DNA of 18,295 nucleotides from a virus (Duplodnaviria; Heunggongvirae; Uroviricota; Caudoviricetes): IMG/VR virus record IMGVR_UViG_2737471838_000005; one strand, 5' to 3'. Shown piece by piece: positions 9,624 to 17,014 of this stretch (position 1 is its first letter; each line of letters starts with the position of its first letter). The notes under the pieces were generated by a model. It saw only the letters and a program-made list of their open reading frames with translations, ran no database searches and was not told where the DNA came from. The position numbers and the translations under genes were made by a program.

Positions 9624-10673
9624 TTACGCCAGTACGCCAATTGCCAGCGCGCGATCGATAAAACGAAATATCAGCTCCAGTTGGGAGCCATACTTATCTT
9701 CAAATGCCACTGTATCCGTATGCAGCTCGTTGTGATGCTTTCTGCACAAAGGCAACACAAAGAGATCATGTGCTTTTGTTCCCATTCCGCCCTGCCCGTG
9801 ACCAATCAGATGATGCGGATCGTCGGCTGGCATACCGCAGCAAGCACACGGCTGTGTCTTAACCCAACGTGTGTATTTCTCCTTAACCCAGCGGCGACGT
9901 TTAGGCAGCTTCATGAAAGATTCCGGAGACTCTGGATCAACGGTGATGCTTACCACCGTCTTTTCCTGTGGTGATTTTTGTTGCTGGTGGGCGTAAGGCA
10001 ACGGTGCAAGATTTTTTGTGCGTTGTTTCAATATGCTGGTGGCGGTCTGCTCTCCCGGTACGATGTCGCTTTCGCGGTACACCGAGCAGATTTTTTCCGC
10101 TGGTAATCCCAGCGAACGACGCGATACAGCCTCAGGTAGTGCATCCACCACCTGATTGCAGACCGTCCACCAGGATAATTCAGCCAAAGATAATTCCCGC
10201 TCCTGCGTACCGCTTATTGCGTGACGGATGACGTCAATCACCCATGCTGTCAGATTTTGTTGAGCAAGCAGCTCCAGTGATTCCGATGTCTGGTCACGCA
10301 GTTGGTTGTCGCAGTGCCAGCACAACACCATTGCGCCGGTACCATAACGGTGAATGACTGTTTCAGTGTGATGGTAATCGCCATTAGGCCACTGGCAGGA
10401 TGTAACATGACGTAATAGCCAGTCGGACAATGCGCCAACGCCGCCAGCAGCACGAATCACCCGTTCGTTACTAAAAAACGGCAGCAATGTTTTGTCTTCC
10501 GCCAGCGGCTGGCGAACGGCAGGAACGACTCCGGATGGCAGATTACGCATGCTTTTTGGTTCCGGTTCCACCAGCACTCGAGGATTATGAAATATCTGTA
10601 TGGATTCACGGCCCGGCTTAAGGACCACCAGCCCAAGCTCAGGCACCAGAACAGGTCTAAGTAATACCCGCAC
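9624..10673 (-). CDS. ydfU: DUF968-type prophage protein with C-terminal HNH-like motif, 349 aa
   Basis: C-terminal CACCGMPADDPHHLIGHGQGGMGTKAHDLFVLPLCRKHHNELH resembles an HNH nuclease zinc finger. GTG start at 10673 preceded by GGAGGT at 4-nt spacing. The first ATG at 10550 would give 308 aa. Confidence 0.65.
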   Translation of the reverse strand: MRVLLRPVLVPELGLVVLKPGRESIQIFHNPRVLVEPEPKSMRNLPSGVVPAVRQPLAEDKTLLPFFSNERVIRAAGGVGALSDWLLRHVTSCQWPNGDYHHTETVIHRYGTGAMVLCWHCDNQLRDQTSESLELLAQQNLTAWVIDVIRHAISGTQERELSLAELSWWTVCNQVVDALPEAVSRRSLGLPAEKICSVYRESDIVPGEQTATSILKQRTKNLAPLPYAHQQQKSPQEKTVVSITVDPESPESFMKLPKRRRWVKEKYTRWVKTQPCACCGMPADDPHHLIGHGQGGMGTKAHDLFVLPLCRKHHNELHTDTVAFEDKYGSQLELIFRFIDRALAIGVLA

Positions 10674-10674
10674 G

Positions 10675-10953
10675 TTACCTCCAGATCCGTTGCTGGAAAG
10701 TGCGGGACGCACGTGGTGGGCGTTCGGAATAAGGCAGCCTGACAGAGATTATCCAGTGCCGATAGTCGAGACTGAGAGCTTTCTTAACCTCGAACCCGCG
10801 CCTGCGGTAAGAATGAATCAGCCATTCGGCCTGTTCTGCAGTGCATGGAGGGTGCTGGAACCATTCAGACTTGAATGCGTGAGAATACCGCCCGTGCGTG
10901 CAGGCAAGAACGGGCGAATTATCAGAATTGTAATATTTTGCGTTGCGTGCCAT
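10675..10953 (-). CDS. Hypothetical prophage protein, 92 aa
   Basis: ORF MARNAKYYNSDNSPVLACTHGRYSHAFKSEW... with GGAGAA 5 nt upstream of ATG 10953. Stop is 1 nt from the ydfU start. Family not recognised. Confidence 0.5.
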   Translation of the reverse strand: MARNAKYYNSDNSPVLACTHGRYSHAFKSEWFQHPPCTAEQAEWLIHSYRRRGFEVKKALSLDYRHWIISVRLPYSERPPRASRTFQQRIWR

Positions 10954-11019
10954 CGGTTTTCTCCGGTGGCACGGTGTTACTCAGCGGGAGTTCAGCCCCG
11001 CGCAAGATTGTAGATGAGT

Positions 11020-11271
11020 TTATTCTCCTGAAAAAGCAGAAAAGCCAGCTTTTATTCCGATCTCTTTCAATGCCTGTAATGAAGTGACAAACTCACCTTC
11101 GCGCAAGATAAATCCGTCCGTGACCCGAGCATCCACAAAATTAATTAACGCAGCCCCATTCTTTCGCAAACACATAATGCGGTAATGACTAACAAGATTT
11201 CCATTTTCAACGCACACAGCATAGAGGCCATCTTCACAAAAAATTTTACGCAGTTCTTCGATGTTCATCAT
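11020..11271 (-). CDS. rem: Small prophage protein, 83 aa
   Basis: ORF MMNIEELRKIFCEDGLYAVCVENG... Length and position (between ydfU and hokD) fit rem of Qin. I cannot verify the sequence from memory. Confidence 0.45.
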   Translation of the reverse strand: MMNIEELRKIFCEDGLYAVCVENGNLVSHYRIMCLRKNGAALINFVDARVTDGFILREGEFVTSLQALKEIGIKAGFSAFSGE

Positions 11272-11384
11272 CAGAATCCTTCCGGATAATTAGCTCTCCC
11301 CTTTAAGGGACCATCCCTCTTATCCCTGCGCGCTACTTAAGTATTTTTGATTCTATTCCGGCACCGTCCAGAACTTCAAACGCG

Positions 11385-11418
11385 TTGAAAATAAAAACAA
11401 AAACCCGCCGAAGCGGGT
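11385..11418 (-). terminator. Rho-independent terminator downstream of hokD (AACCCGC-TTCG-GCGGG + TTTTTGTTTTTATTTT)
   Basis: GC-rich stem with GNRA-like loop, followed on the minus strand by a long T-run. Lies 70-100 nt past the hokD stop. Confidence 0.75.
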
Positions 11419-11487
11419 TAAGTGCGGGTGCGTTGAGGATGCCTGCCACATCAGAGGTGGCGAGGGATTTCTCCCCCGCCGGGTCTC

Positions 11488-11643
11488 TTACTCCTCAGGT
11501 TCGTAAGCTGTGAAGACAGCGACCTCCGTCTGGCCGGTTCGGATTCGTACCTCGCAGAGGTCTTTCCTCGTTACCAGTGCCGTCACTATGACGGTTAAAC
11601 AGATGACGATCAGGGCGATTAACATCGCCTTTTGCTGCTTCAT
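11488..11643 (-). CDS. hokD: Hok-family type I toxin (small membrane peptide), 51 aa
   Basis: Hand-translated MKQQKAMLIALIVICLTVIVTALVTRKDLCEVRIRTGQTEVAVFTAYEPEE with AGGAG upstream. Directly downstream of relE. Below track cut-off. Confidence 0.8.
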   Translation of the reverse strand: MKQQKAMLIALIVICLTVIVTALVTRKDLCEVRIRTGQTEVAVFTAYEPEE

Positions 11644-11714
11644 AGCCTGCTTCTCCTGTCAACGCAAAGCAGAAGTGTCACCTTCGGTGCGAAACAGAGA
11701 TGTCATGCTTTGGT

Positions 11715-12002
11715 TCAGAGAATGCGTTTGACCGCCTCGCTATATACTTCCGAGCGTTCTCTTTTCCCAACAGAAATCACGAAAACGACAACTTTCTCGT
11801 CTATAACCTGGTATACAAGGCGATAGCCTGAAGACCGGAGCTTAATCTTGTAACAATCAGGCATACCACGGAGCTTGTTTGCTTCAATCCGGGGTGACTC
11901 AAGTACTTCAACCAGCTTCTTTTTCAACTGTTCACGTACCGTCGAGCCCAGCTTTCGCCATTCCTTTAGTGCCCGCTCGTCAAAATCCAGAAAATACGCC
12001 AT
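11715..12002 (-). CDS. relE: RelE toxin (ribosome-dependent mRNA interferase), 95 aa
   Basis: MAYFLDFDERALKEWRKLGSTVREQLKKKLVEVLESPRIEANKLRGMPDCYKIKLRSSGYRLVYQVIDEKVVVFVISVGKRERSEVY... Start overlaps the relB stop (ATGA). Confidence 0.9.
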   Translation of the reverse strand: MAYFLDFDERALKEWRKLGSTVREQLKKKLVEVLESPRIEANKLRGMPDCYKIKLRSSGYRLVYQVIDEKVVVFVISVGKRERSEVYSEAVKRIL

Positions 12003-12241
12003 CAGAGTTCATCCAGCGTCACACGTACTGGCTTAGGATTACGAAGCCGTTCTTTCACTATCTCCACAAGTTCAGCATCTTCATCACTCAGGAGTGTCTG
12101 TTTGAACGGCAAGCGTTCATTGTCAGCGATATACTCGAGCATGAGACGAAGCGCTTCAGAAGGAGTTACACCCATTTTTTCAAGCGCGGCGTAAGAACGC
12201 GCTTTAAGTTCATCGTCAATACGCAGGTTAATGCTACCCAT
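12002..12241 (-). CDS. relB: RelB antitoxin, 79 aa
   Basis: MGSINLRIDDELKARSYAALEKMGVTPSEALRLMLEYIADNERLPFKQTLLSDEDAELVEIVKERLRNPKPVRVTLDEL. Ribbon-helix-helix-type N-terminus. Coupled to relE. Confidence 0.9.
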   Translation of the reverse strand: MGSINLRIDDELKARSYAALEKMGVTPSEALRLMLEYIADNERLPFKQTLLSDEDAELVEIVKERLRNPKPVRVTLDEL

Positions 12242-12251
12242 GTCTTACACC

Positions 12252-12277
12252 TCTTGTAATTACAAATGTCATTACAA
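12252..12277 (-). promoter_or_regulatory. relBE operator (relO): perfect 12-bp palindrome TTGTAATTACAA plus adjacent TTGTAAT repeat
   Basis: cttgtaattacaaatgtcattacaag lies immediately upstream of the relB ATG. TTGTAATTACAA (12254-12265) is self-complementary, and a second TTGTAAT half-site overlaps it on the other strand. Confidence 0.7.
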
Positions 12278-12571
12278 GTATCGCACTACAACATGCTTAG
12301 GGCAAGTCACGAAGGAAGTCAGAAAGTAGTCGTAAGAACGGTGATCACTGTCCGCTTTGTGCCAGGAGCAGCCATTGCTAAGTCCATCCTGTATTGTGCA
12401 GGTCAGCTCGTTTTTAAAGAGTCCGGCCATCATCTTACTGGTACAGACACCATATACTTTGTGACGGTCAGGCTACATATGCACAACTCAACTTATTCAT
12501 CTATTTTTTGCTTTAGCATGTCAGTGTTGCTTTCTCGTCGGCGGGTGAGCGGTGACCTGACCTGTCGATAA
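12266..12571 (+). CDS. ydfV: Doubtful ORF, 101 aa
   Basis: ORF of the length I recall for ydfV between relB and flxA. Its ATG lies inside the relO palindrome, there is no RBS, and the composition is unremarkable. Included only because of positional correspondence. Confidence 0.25.
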   Translation: MSLQVSHYNMLRASHEGSQKVVVRTVITVRFVPGAAIAKSILYCAGQLVFKESGHHLTGTDTIYFVTVRLHMHNSTYSSIFCFSMSVLLSRRRVSGDLTCR

Positions 12572-12723
12572 AGGAACGTAACACGTTTTATGCAACACCC
12601 GCATGCGGCAGAAAATTATTGCCGAACGTTTACCCCTGTCAACAAGCTTTACTTTCTGAGGCGCGCCAGCCCGCGAGGAAAACAATCTGAACATCAAACA
12701 ATTAATGACACAAGAAATACGAT

Positions 12724-12750
12724 TAAAGATTTTTTTGTACATGCCGATAG
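12724..12750 (+). promoter_or_regulatory. Sigma-28 (FliA) class 3 flagellar promoter: TAAAGATT - 11 nt - GCCGATAG
   Basis: Near-perfect match to the FliA consensus TAAAGTTT-N11-GCCGATAA, about 25 nt upstream of the flxA Shine-Dalgarno sequence (AAGGAG at 12762-12767). Confidence 0.75.
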
Positions 12751-12773
12751 TGCTTTTTTAAAAGGAGAAATCT

Positions 12774-13106
12774 ATGTCTGTCACAATTCAGGGAAATACC
12801 TCAACCGTTATTTCAAACAACTCCGCCCCGGAAGGAACATCAGAAATAGCCAAAATCACAAGACAAATTCAGGTGCTGACTGAAAAGCTTGGGAAAATCT
12901 CATCGGAAGAGGGGATGACGACACAGCAGAAAAAAGAAATGGCTGCATTGGTACAGAAGCAAATTGAAAGCCTCTGGGCTCAACTGGAGCAGTTGTTAAG
13001 GCAGCAGGCAGAGAAAAAGAATGAAGACGCGACAGTTCAGCCTGATAAAAAAGAAGAGAAAAAAGACGATACAAATACCGCTGGCACCATTGATATTTAC
13101 GTCTAA
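12774..13106 (+). CDS. flxA: FlxA, flagellar-regulon protein of unknown function, 110 aa
   Basis: MSVTIQGNTSTVISNNSAPEGTSEIAKITRQIQVLTEKLGKISSEEGMTTQQKKEMAALVQKQIESLWAQLEQLLRQQAEKKNED... Coiled-coil-like, Lys/Glu-rich tail. AAGGAG 6 nt upstream. Confidence 0.85.
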   Translation: MSVTIQGNTSTVISNNSAPEGTSEIAKITRQIQVLTEKLGKISSEEGMTTQQKKEMAALVQKQIESLWAQLEQLLRQQAEKKNEDATVQPDKKEEKKDDTNTAGTIDIYV

Positions 13107-13120
13107 GTGACAGCCGTATT

Positions 13121-13144
13121 GTGGCCCTCATCGGGCCACTTTTC
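13121..13144 (+). terminator. Rho-independent terminator after flxA (GTGGCCC-TCATC-GGGCCAC-TTTT)
   Basis: Perfect 7-bp GC-rich stem with a T4 tail, 15 nt after the flxA stop. Confidence 0.7.
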
Positions 13145-13715
13145 GCCATCAGCCTTTTCTTTAAAGACATATTATCTTTGTATCATTTCTGATAGTTAAC
13201 ATTACAAGATATAAGTAATGGACGCACTCCCAATTAGTCTATTTAAATCGCCACGAGTTTAACTGACAACCCATGATCAATTATGAATTGCAACTATTTC
13301 TGTAGTCACTTTTGTGGGGACAGTCCACAAAACTGCCAACTTCCGCTTCTTGCTCTTAGCGGACATTAGCATAGGCTATTTACCATAACGCCTCATTACG
13401 CGCACCGCCCAGACTGACTCAGCGCGTTTCTGGCATATCCCCGGTAAAACAAGTAACAAACCACCCGAAAATGAACACCAGAAACGCGACTTAAGAATCT
13501 ACCCTATGAATGGATATGCACTCAACCGAATCGATCTTGGTTTCAATCTTTTTTATCGGGATCAGGCTTCTTTTTAGGTAACTTCGGGGGCTTAACTTGC
13601 TGATGACTTTGCGTTCGGCGCGTAAGCCAGGGATCCGGCGTTAATTGTTAACTGGTTAACGTCACCTGGAGGCACCAGGCACTGCATCACAAAATTCATT
13701 GTTGAGGACGCGATA

Positions 13716-13904
13716 ATGAAAACGTTATTACCAAACGTTAATACGTCTGAAGGTTGTTTTGAAATTGGTGTCACTATCAGTAACCCAGTATTTACTGAAG
13801 ATGCCATTAACAAGAGAAAACAAGAACGGGAGCTATTAAATAAAATATGCATTGTTTCAATGCTGGCTCGTTTACGTCTGATGCCAAAAGGATGTGCACA
13901 ATGA
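13716..13904 (+). CDS. Small hypothetical protein, 62 aa
   Basis: MKTLLPNVNTSEGCFEIGVTISNPVFTEDAINKRKQERELLNKICIVSMLARLRLMPKGCAQ. GAGGA 7 nt upstream of ATG. Stop overlaps the next start (ATGA). Confidence 0.5.
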   Translation: MKTLLPNVNTSEGCFEIGVTISNPVFTEDAINKRKQERELLNKICIVSMLARLRLMPKGCAQ

Positions 13905-14092
13905 ATTCAGCATTTGTGCTTGTTCTGACAGTTTTTCTTGTTTCCGGAGAGCCAGTTGATATTGCAGTCAGTGTGCACAGGACAATGCAGGAGTGTATGA
14001 CTGCAGCAACCGAACAGAAAATTCCCGGTAACTGTTACCCGGTCGATAAAGTTATTCACCAGGATAATATCGAAATCCCGGCAGGTCTTTAA
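13901..14092 (+). CDS. Small predicted exported or membrane protein, 63 aa
   Basis: MNSAFVLVLTVFLVSGEPVDIAVSVHRTMQECMTAATEQKIPGNCYPVDKVIHQDNIEIPAGL. N-terminal hydrophobic signal-like segment and two Cys residues. AGGA upstream. Translationally coupled to the preceding ORF. Confidence 0.5.
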   Translation: MNSAFVLVLTVFLVSGEPVDIAVSVHRTMQECMTAATEQKIPGNCYPVDKVIHQDNIEIPAGL

Positions 14093-14184
14093 AACAGTTC
14101 CGTAATAAATATCCGGTTTCATTCTTATATGCCAGCAATGGCAGGGATTTGTTCATCCTTAAATCTGTCATGAGGTTAAAACAA

Positions 14185-16656
14185 ATGAGTAAAGTCTTTA
14201 TTTGCGCCGCTATTCCTGACGAACTGGCAACAAGGGAAGAAGGCGCTGTGGCTGTAGCCACAGCCATTGAAGCTGGCGACGAACGCCGTGCTCGAGCAAA
14301 ATTTCACTGGCAATTCCTGGAACATTATCCGGCTGCTCAGGACTGCGCTTATAAATTTATTGTCTGCGAGGATAAACCTGGCATACCCCGCCCTGCCCTC
14401 GATTCATGGGATGCTGAATATATGCAGGAAAACCGCTGGGATGAGGAGTCTGCTTCTTTTGTCCCGGTTGAGACTGAATCCGATCCGATGAACGTCACTT
14501 TTGACAAGCTGGCCCCTGAAGTACAGAACGCTGTCATGGTTAAGTTCGACACATGTGAAAACATCACCGTTGATATGGTTATTAGCGCACAGGAATTGTT
14601 GCAGGAAGACATGGCAACATTCGACGGACATATCGTTGAAGCGTTGATGAAAATGCCAGAAGTTAACGCCATGTATCCGGAGCTTAAGTTGCACGCCATT
14701 GGGTGGGTTAAGCATAAATGTATTCCTGGTGCTAAATGGCCCGAAATTCAGGCAGAGATGCGCATCTGGAAAAAACGTCGCGAAGGTGAACGCAAGGAAA
14801 CCGGAAAATACACGTCTGTTGTTGATCTCGCCCGCGCCAGAGCCAATCAACAGTACACTGAAAATTCAACAGGAAAAATCAGCCCGGTCATTGCTGCCAT
14901 TCATCGCGAATACAAGCAGACATGGAAAACACTGGATGACGAACTGGCCTACGCTCTCTGGCCTGGTGATGTGGATGCCGGAAACATTGACGGCAGCATC
15001 CATCGCTGGGCAAAAAAAGAAGTTATCGACAACGACCGCGAAGACTGGAAGCGTATCTCGGCATCAATGCGCAAACAGCCTGATGCCCTTCGCTACGACC
15101 GCCAAACTATTTTTGGCCTTGTCCGTGAGCGTCCGATCGACATTCACAAAGATCCCGTAGCACTGAACAAATATATCTGCGAATACCTGACGACAAAGGG
15201 CGTGTTTGAGAATGAAGAAACAGACCTGGGCACTGTTGATGTTCTCCAGTCATCAGAAACACAAACTGATGCAGTGGAAACTGAGGTATCTGATATCCCA
15301 AAAAATGAAACCGCGCCGGAAGCTGAACCATCTGTAGAGCGTGAGGGGCCGTTCTATTTCCTCTTCGCAGATAAGGACGGAGAAAAATACGGTCGCGCAA
15401 ACAAACTCTCTGGTCTGGATAAGGCACTGGCTGCTGGCGCCACTGAAATCACAAAAGAAGAATATTTTGCCCGAAAAAATGGCACATACACGGGCTTACC
15501 GCAAAATGTAGATACCGCTGAAGATTCAGAACAACCAGAGCCGATAAAAGTTACCGCTGACGAAGTAAACAAAATTATGCAGGCAGCCAATATCAGCCAG
15601 CCTGACGCCGATAAGTTGCTTGCTGCATCACGTGGTGAATTTGTTGAAGGGATTAGTGACCCGAATGATCCGAAATGGGTTAAGGGGCTCCAGACCCGCG
15701 ATTCTGTGAACCAGAACCAGCATGAATCGGAACGGAACTACCAAAAAGCGGAACAAAACAGTCCAAATGCGTTACAAAACGAGCCAGAAACGAAACAGCC
15801 TGAACCAGTAGCGCAACAGGAAGTGGAAAAAGTCTGCACCGCCTGCGGTCAGACCGGCGGCGGCAACTGCCCTGATTGTGGCGCGGTGATGGGCGACGCA
15901 ACATACCAAGAAACATTCGATGAAGAGTATCAGGTTGAAGTTCAGGAAGATGATCCGGAGGAAATGGAAGGCGCTGAACATCCACACAAGGAGAACACTG
16001 GCGGCAATCAGCATCACAATAGCGATAATGAAACTGGCGAGACGGCAGATCACCCAATTAAGGTGAACGGTCATCACGAAATCACATCCACCAGCAGGAC
16101 GTGTGACCATCTAATGATCGACCTTGAAACCATGGGAAAAAATCCTGATGCCCCGATCATCTCAATAGGTGCAATATTTTTCGATCCGCAAACCGGAGAT
16201 ATGGGACCGGAATTTAGTAAGACTATCGATCTGGAAACTGCTGGCGGAGTCATTGATCGGGACACCATTAAATGGTGGCTTAAGCAATCACGCGAAGCGC
16301 AATCTGCCATTATGACCGATGAAATCCCGTTAGATGATGCACTGTTACAATTGCGAGAATTTATCGACGAAAACTCCGGTGAATTTTTTGTTCAGGTTTG
16401 GGGAAATGGAGCCAACTTCGACAACACGATTTTGCGCCGTTCATACGAACGGCAGGGGATCCCCTGCCCGTGGCGTTACTACAACGATCGCGATGTACGC
16501 ACAATCGTTGAGCTGGGGAAAGCCATAGACTTCGATGCCAGAACGGCTATTCCATTCGAAGGTGAGCGCCATAATGCACTTGATGACGCCCGTTACCAGG
16601 CAAAATACGTTTCAGTTATCTGGCAAAAACTGATCCCGAGTCAGGCTGATTCTTAA
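14185..16656 (+). CDS. RecE-like (exonuclease VIII family) protein with zinc ribbon and C-terminal DEDDh 3'-5' exonuclease domain, ~824 aa
   Basis: The segment DADKLLAASRGEFVEGISDPNDPKWVKGLQTRD matches a region I recall from E. coli RecE. CTACGQTGGGNCPDCG is a CxxC-x9-CxxC ribbon. The C-terminal ~190 aa carry DnaQ-like motifs: IDLET (Exo I), WGNGANFD (Exo II), HNALDDARY (Exo III, H-x4-D). Start taken as ATG 14185 (GAGG 9 nt upstream); track ORF begins at TTG 14149. Confidence 0.65.
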   Translation: MSKVFICAAIPDELATREEGAVAVATAIEAGDERRARAKFHWQFLEHYPAAQDCAYKFIVCEDKPGIPRPALDSWDAEYMQENRWDEESASFVPVETESDPMNVTFDKLAPEVQNAVMVKFDTCENITVDMVISAQELLQEDMATFDGHIVEALMKMPEVNAMYPELKLHAIGWVKHKCIPGAKWPEIQAEMRIWKKRREGERKETGKYTSVVDLARARANQQYTENSTGKISPVIAAIHREYKQTWKTLDDELAYALWPGDVDAGNIDGSIHRWAKKEVIDNDREDWKRISASMRKQPDALRYDRQTIFGLVRERPIDIHKDPVALNKYICEYLTTKGVFENEETDLGTVDVLQSSETQTDAVETEVSDIPKNETAPEAEPSVEREGPFYFLFADKDGEKYGRANKLSGLDKALAAGATEITKEEYFARKNGTYTGLPQNVDTAEDSEQPEPIKVTADEVNKIMQAANISQPDADKLLAASRGEFVEGISDPNDPKWVKGLQTRDSVNQNQHESERNYQKAEQNSPNALQNEPETKQPEPVAQQEVEKVCTACGQTGGGNCPDCGAVMGDATYQETFDEEYQVEVQEDDPEEMEGAEHPHKENTGGNQHHNSDNETGETADHPIKVNGHHEITSTSRTCDHLMIDLETMGKNPDAPIISIGAIFFDPQTGDMGPEFSKTIDLETAGGVIDRDTIKWWLKQSREAQSAIMTDEIPLDDALLQLREFIDENSGEFFVQVWGNGANFDNTILRRSYERQGIPCPWRYYNDRDVRTIVELGKAIDFDARTAIPFEGERHNALDDARYQAKYVSVIWQKLIPSQADS

Positions 16657-16728
16657 TGTTCAACTGTCGCCGGTTGTGACTGGTATTCTGCAACCGGCGC
16701 TCGTCTGATGTAAGAGATAAAGAAATCG

Positions 16729-16980
16729 ATGAGCGAAGTAATCATGATTGTCTCTCCCGGCAAATGGGTATCCGAAGAGCAGTTAATTGCGCTGAAAGGA
16801 ATAAAAAAAGGTACGTTAAAAAAGGCCCGGGAAAAATCGTTTATGGAAGGAAGGGAATATAAGCATGTCGCTCATGACGGTATGCCATGGGATAACAGTC
16901 CATGCTTTTACAACCTGGAAGAAATTGATCGCTGGATTGAGCGCCAGGCATCAGCGAGACCAAGACGTCATCTTACTTGA
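16729..16980 (+). CDS. Excisionase-like small DNA-binding protein, 83 aa
   Basis: Small basic ORF immediately upstream of the integrase on the same strand. FYNLEEIDRWIERQ resembles the C-terminus of putative excisionases. Alternative start at 16744. Confidence 0.55.
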   Translation: MSEVIMIVSPGKWVSEEQLIALKGIKKGTLKKAREKSFMEGREYKHVAHDGMPWDNSPCFYNLEEIDRWIERQASARPRRHLT

Positions 16981-17014
16981 CTAAAAGTCACACTAACTAA
17001 TGAGAGAAGTTGAA

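Noticed and set aside
9968-10231. Plus-strand ORFs antisense to ydfU and Q
   Set aside because: Antisense shadows within well-supported genes.
13310-13332. 8-bp perfect inverted repeat TTTTGTGG-N7-CCACAAAA as a terminator
   Set aside because: No T-run follows on either strand, so it is not a convincing intrinsic terminator. Kept only as a possible binding site in the finding on the non-coding gap.
13592-13852. 86-aa minus-strand ORF
   Set aside because: Overlaps the start of the coupled small-ORF pair antisense. No RBS.
14267-16528. Multiple ORFs of 64-153 aa on both strands inside the RecE-like gene
   Set aside because: All lie within or antisense to the single long ORF, which has coherent domain content. 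Treated as frame shadows.
16668-16699. Inverted repeat CGCCGGTTG-N14-CAACCGGCG after the RecE-like gene as a terminator
   Set aside because: 9-bp stem but a 14-nt loop and no T-run. More likely an RNA structure or protein site than a terminator. xis-int are probably co-transcribed with the upstream gene.
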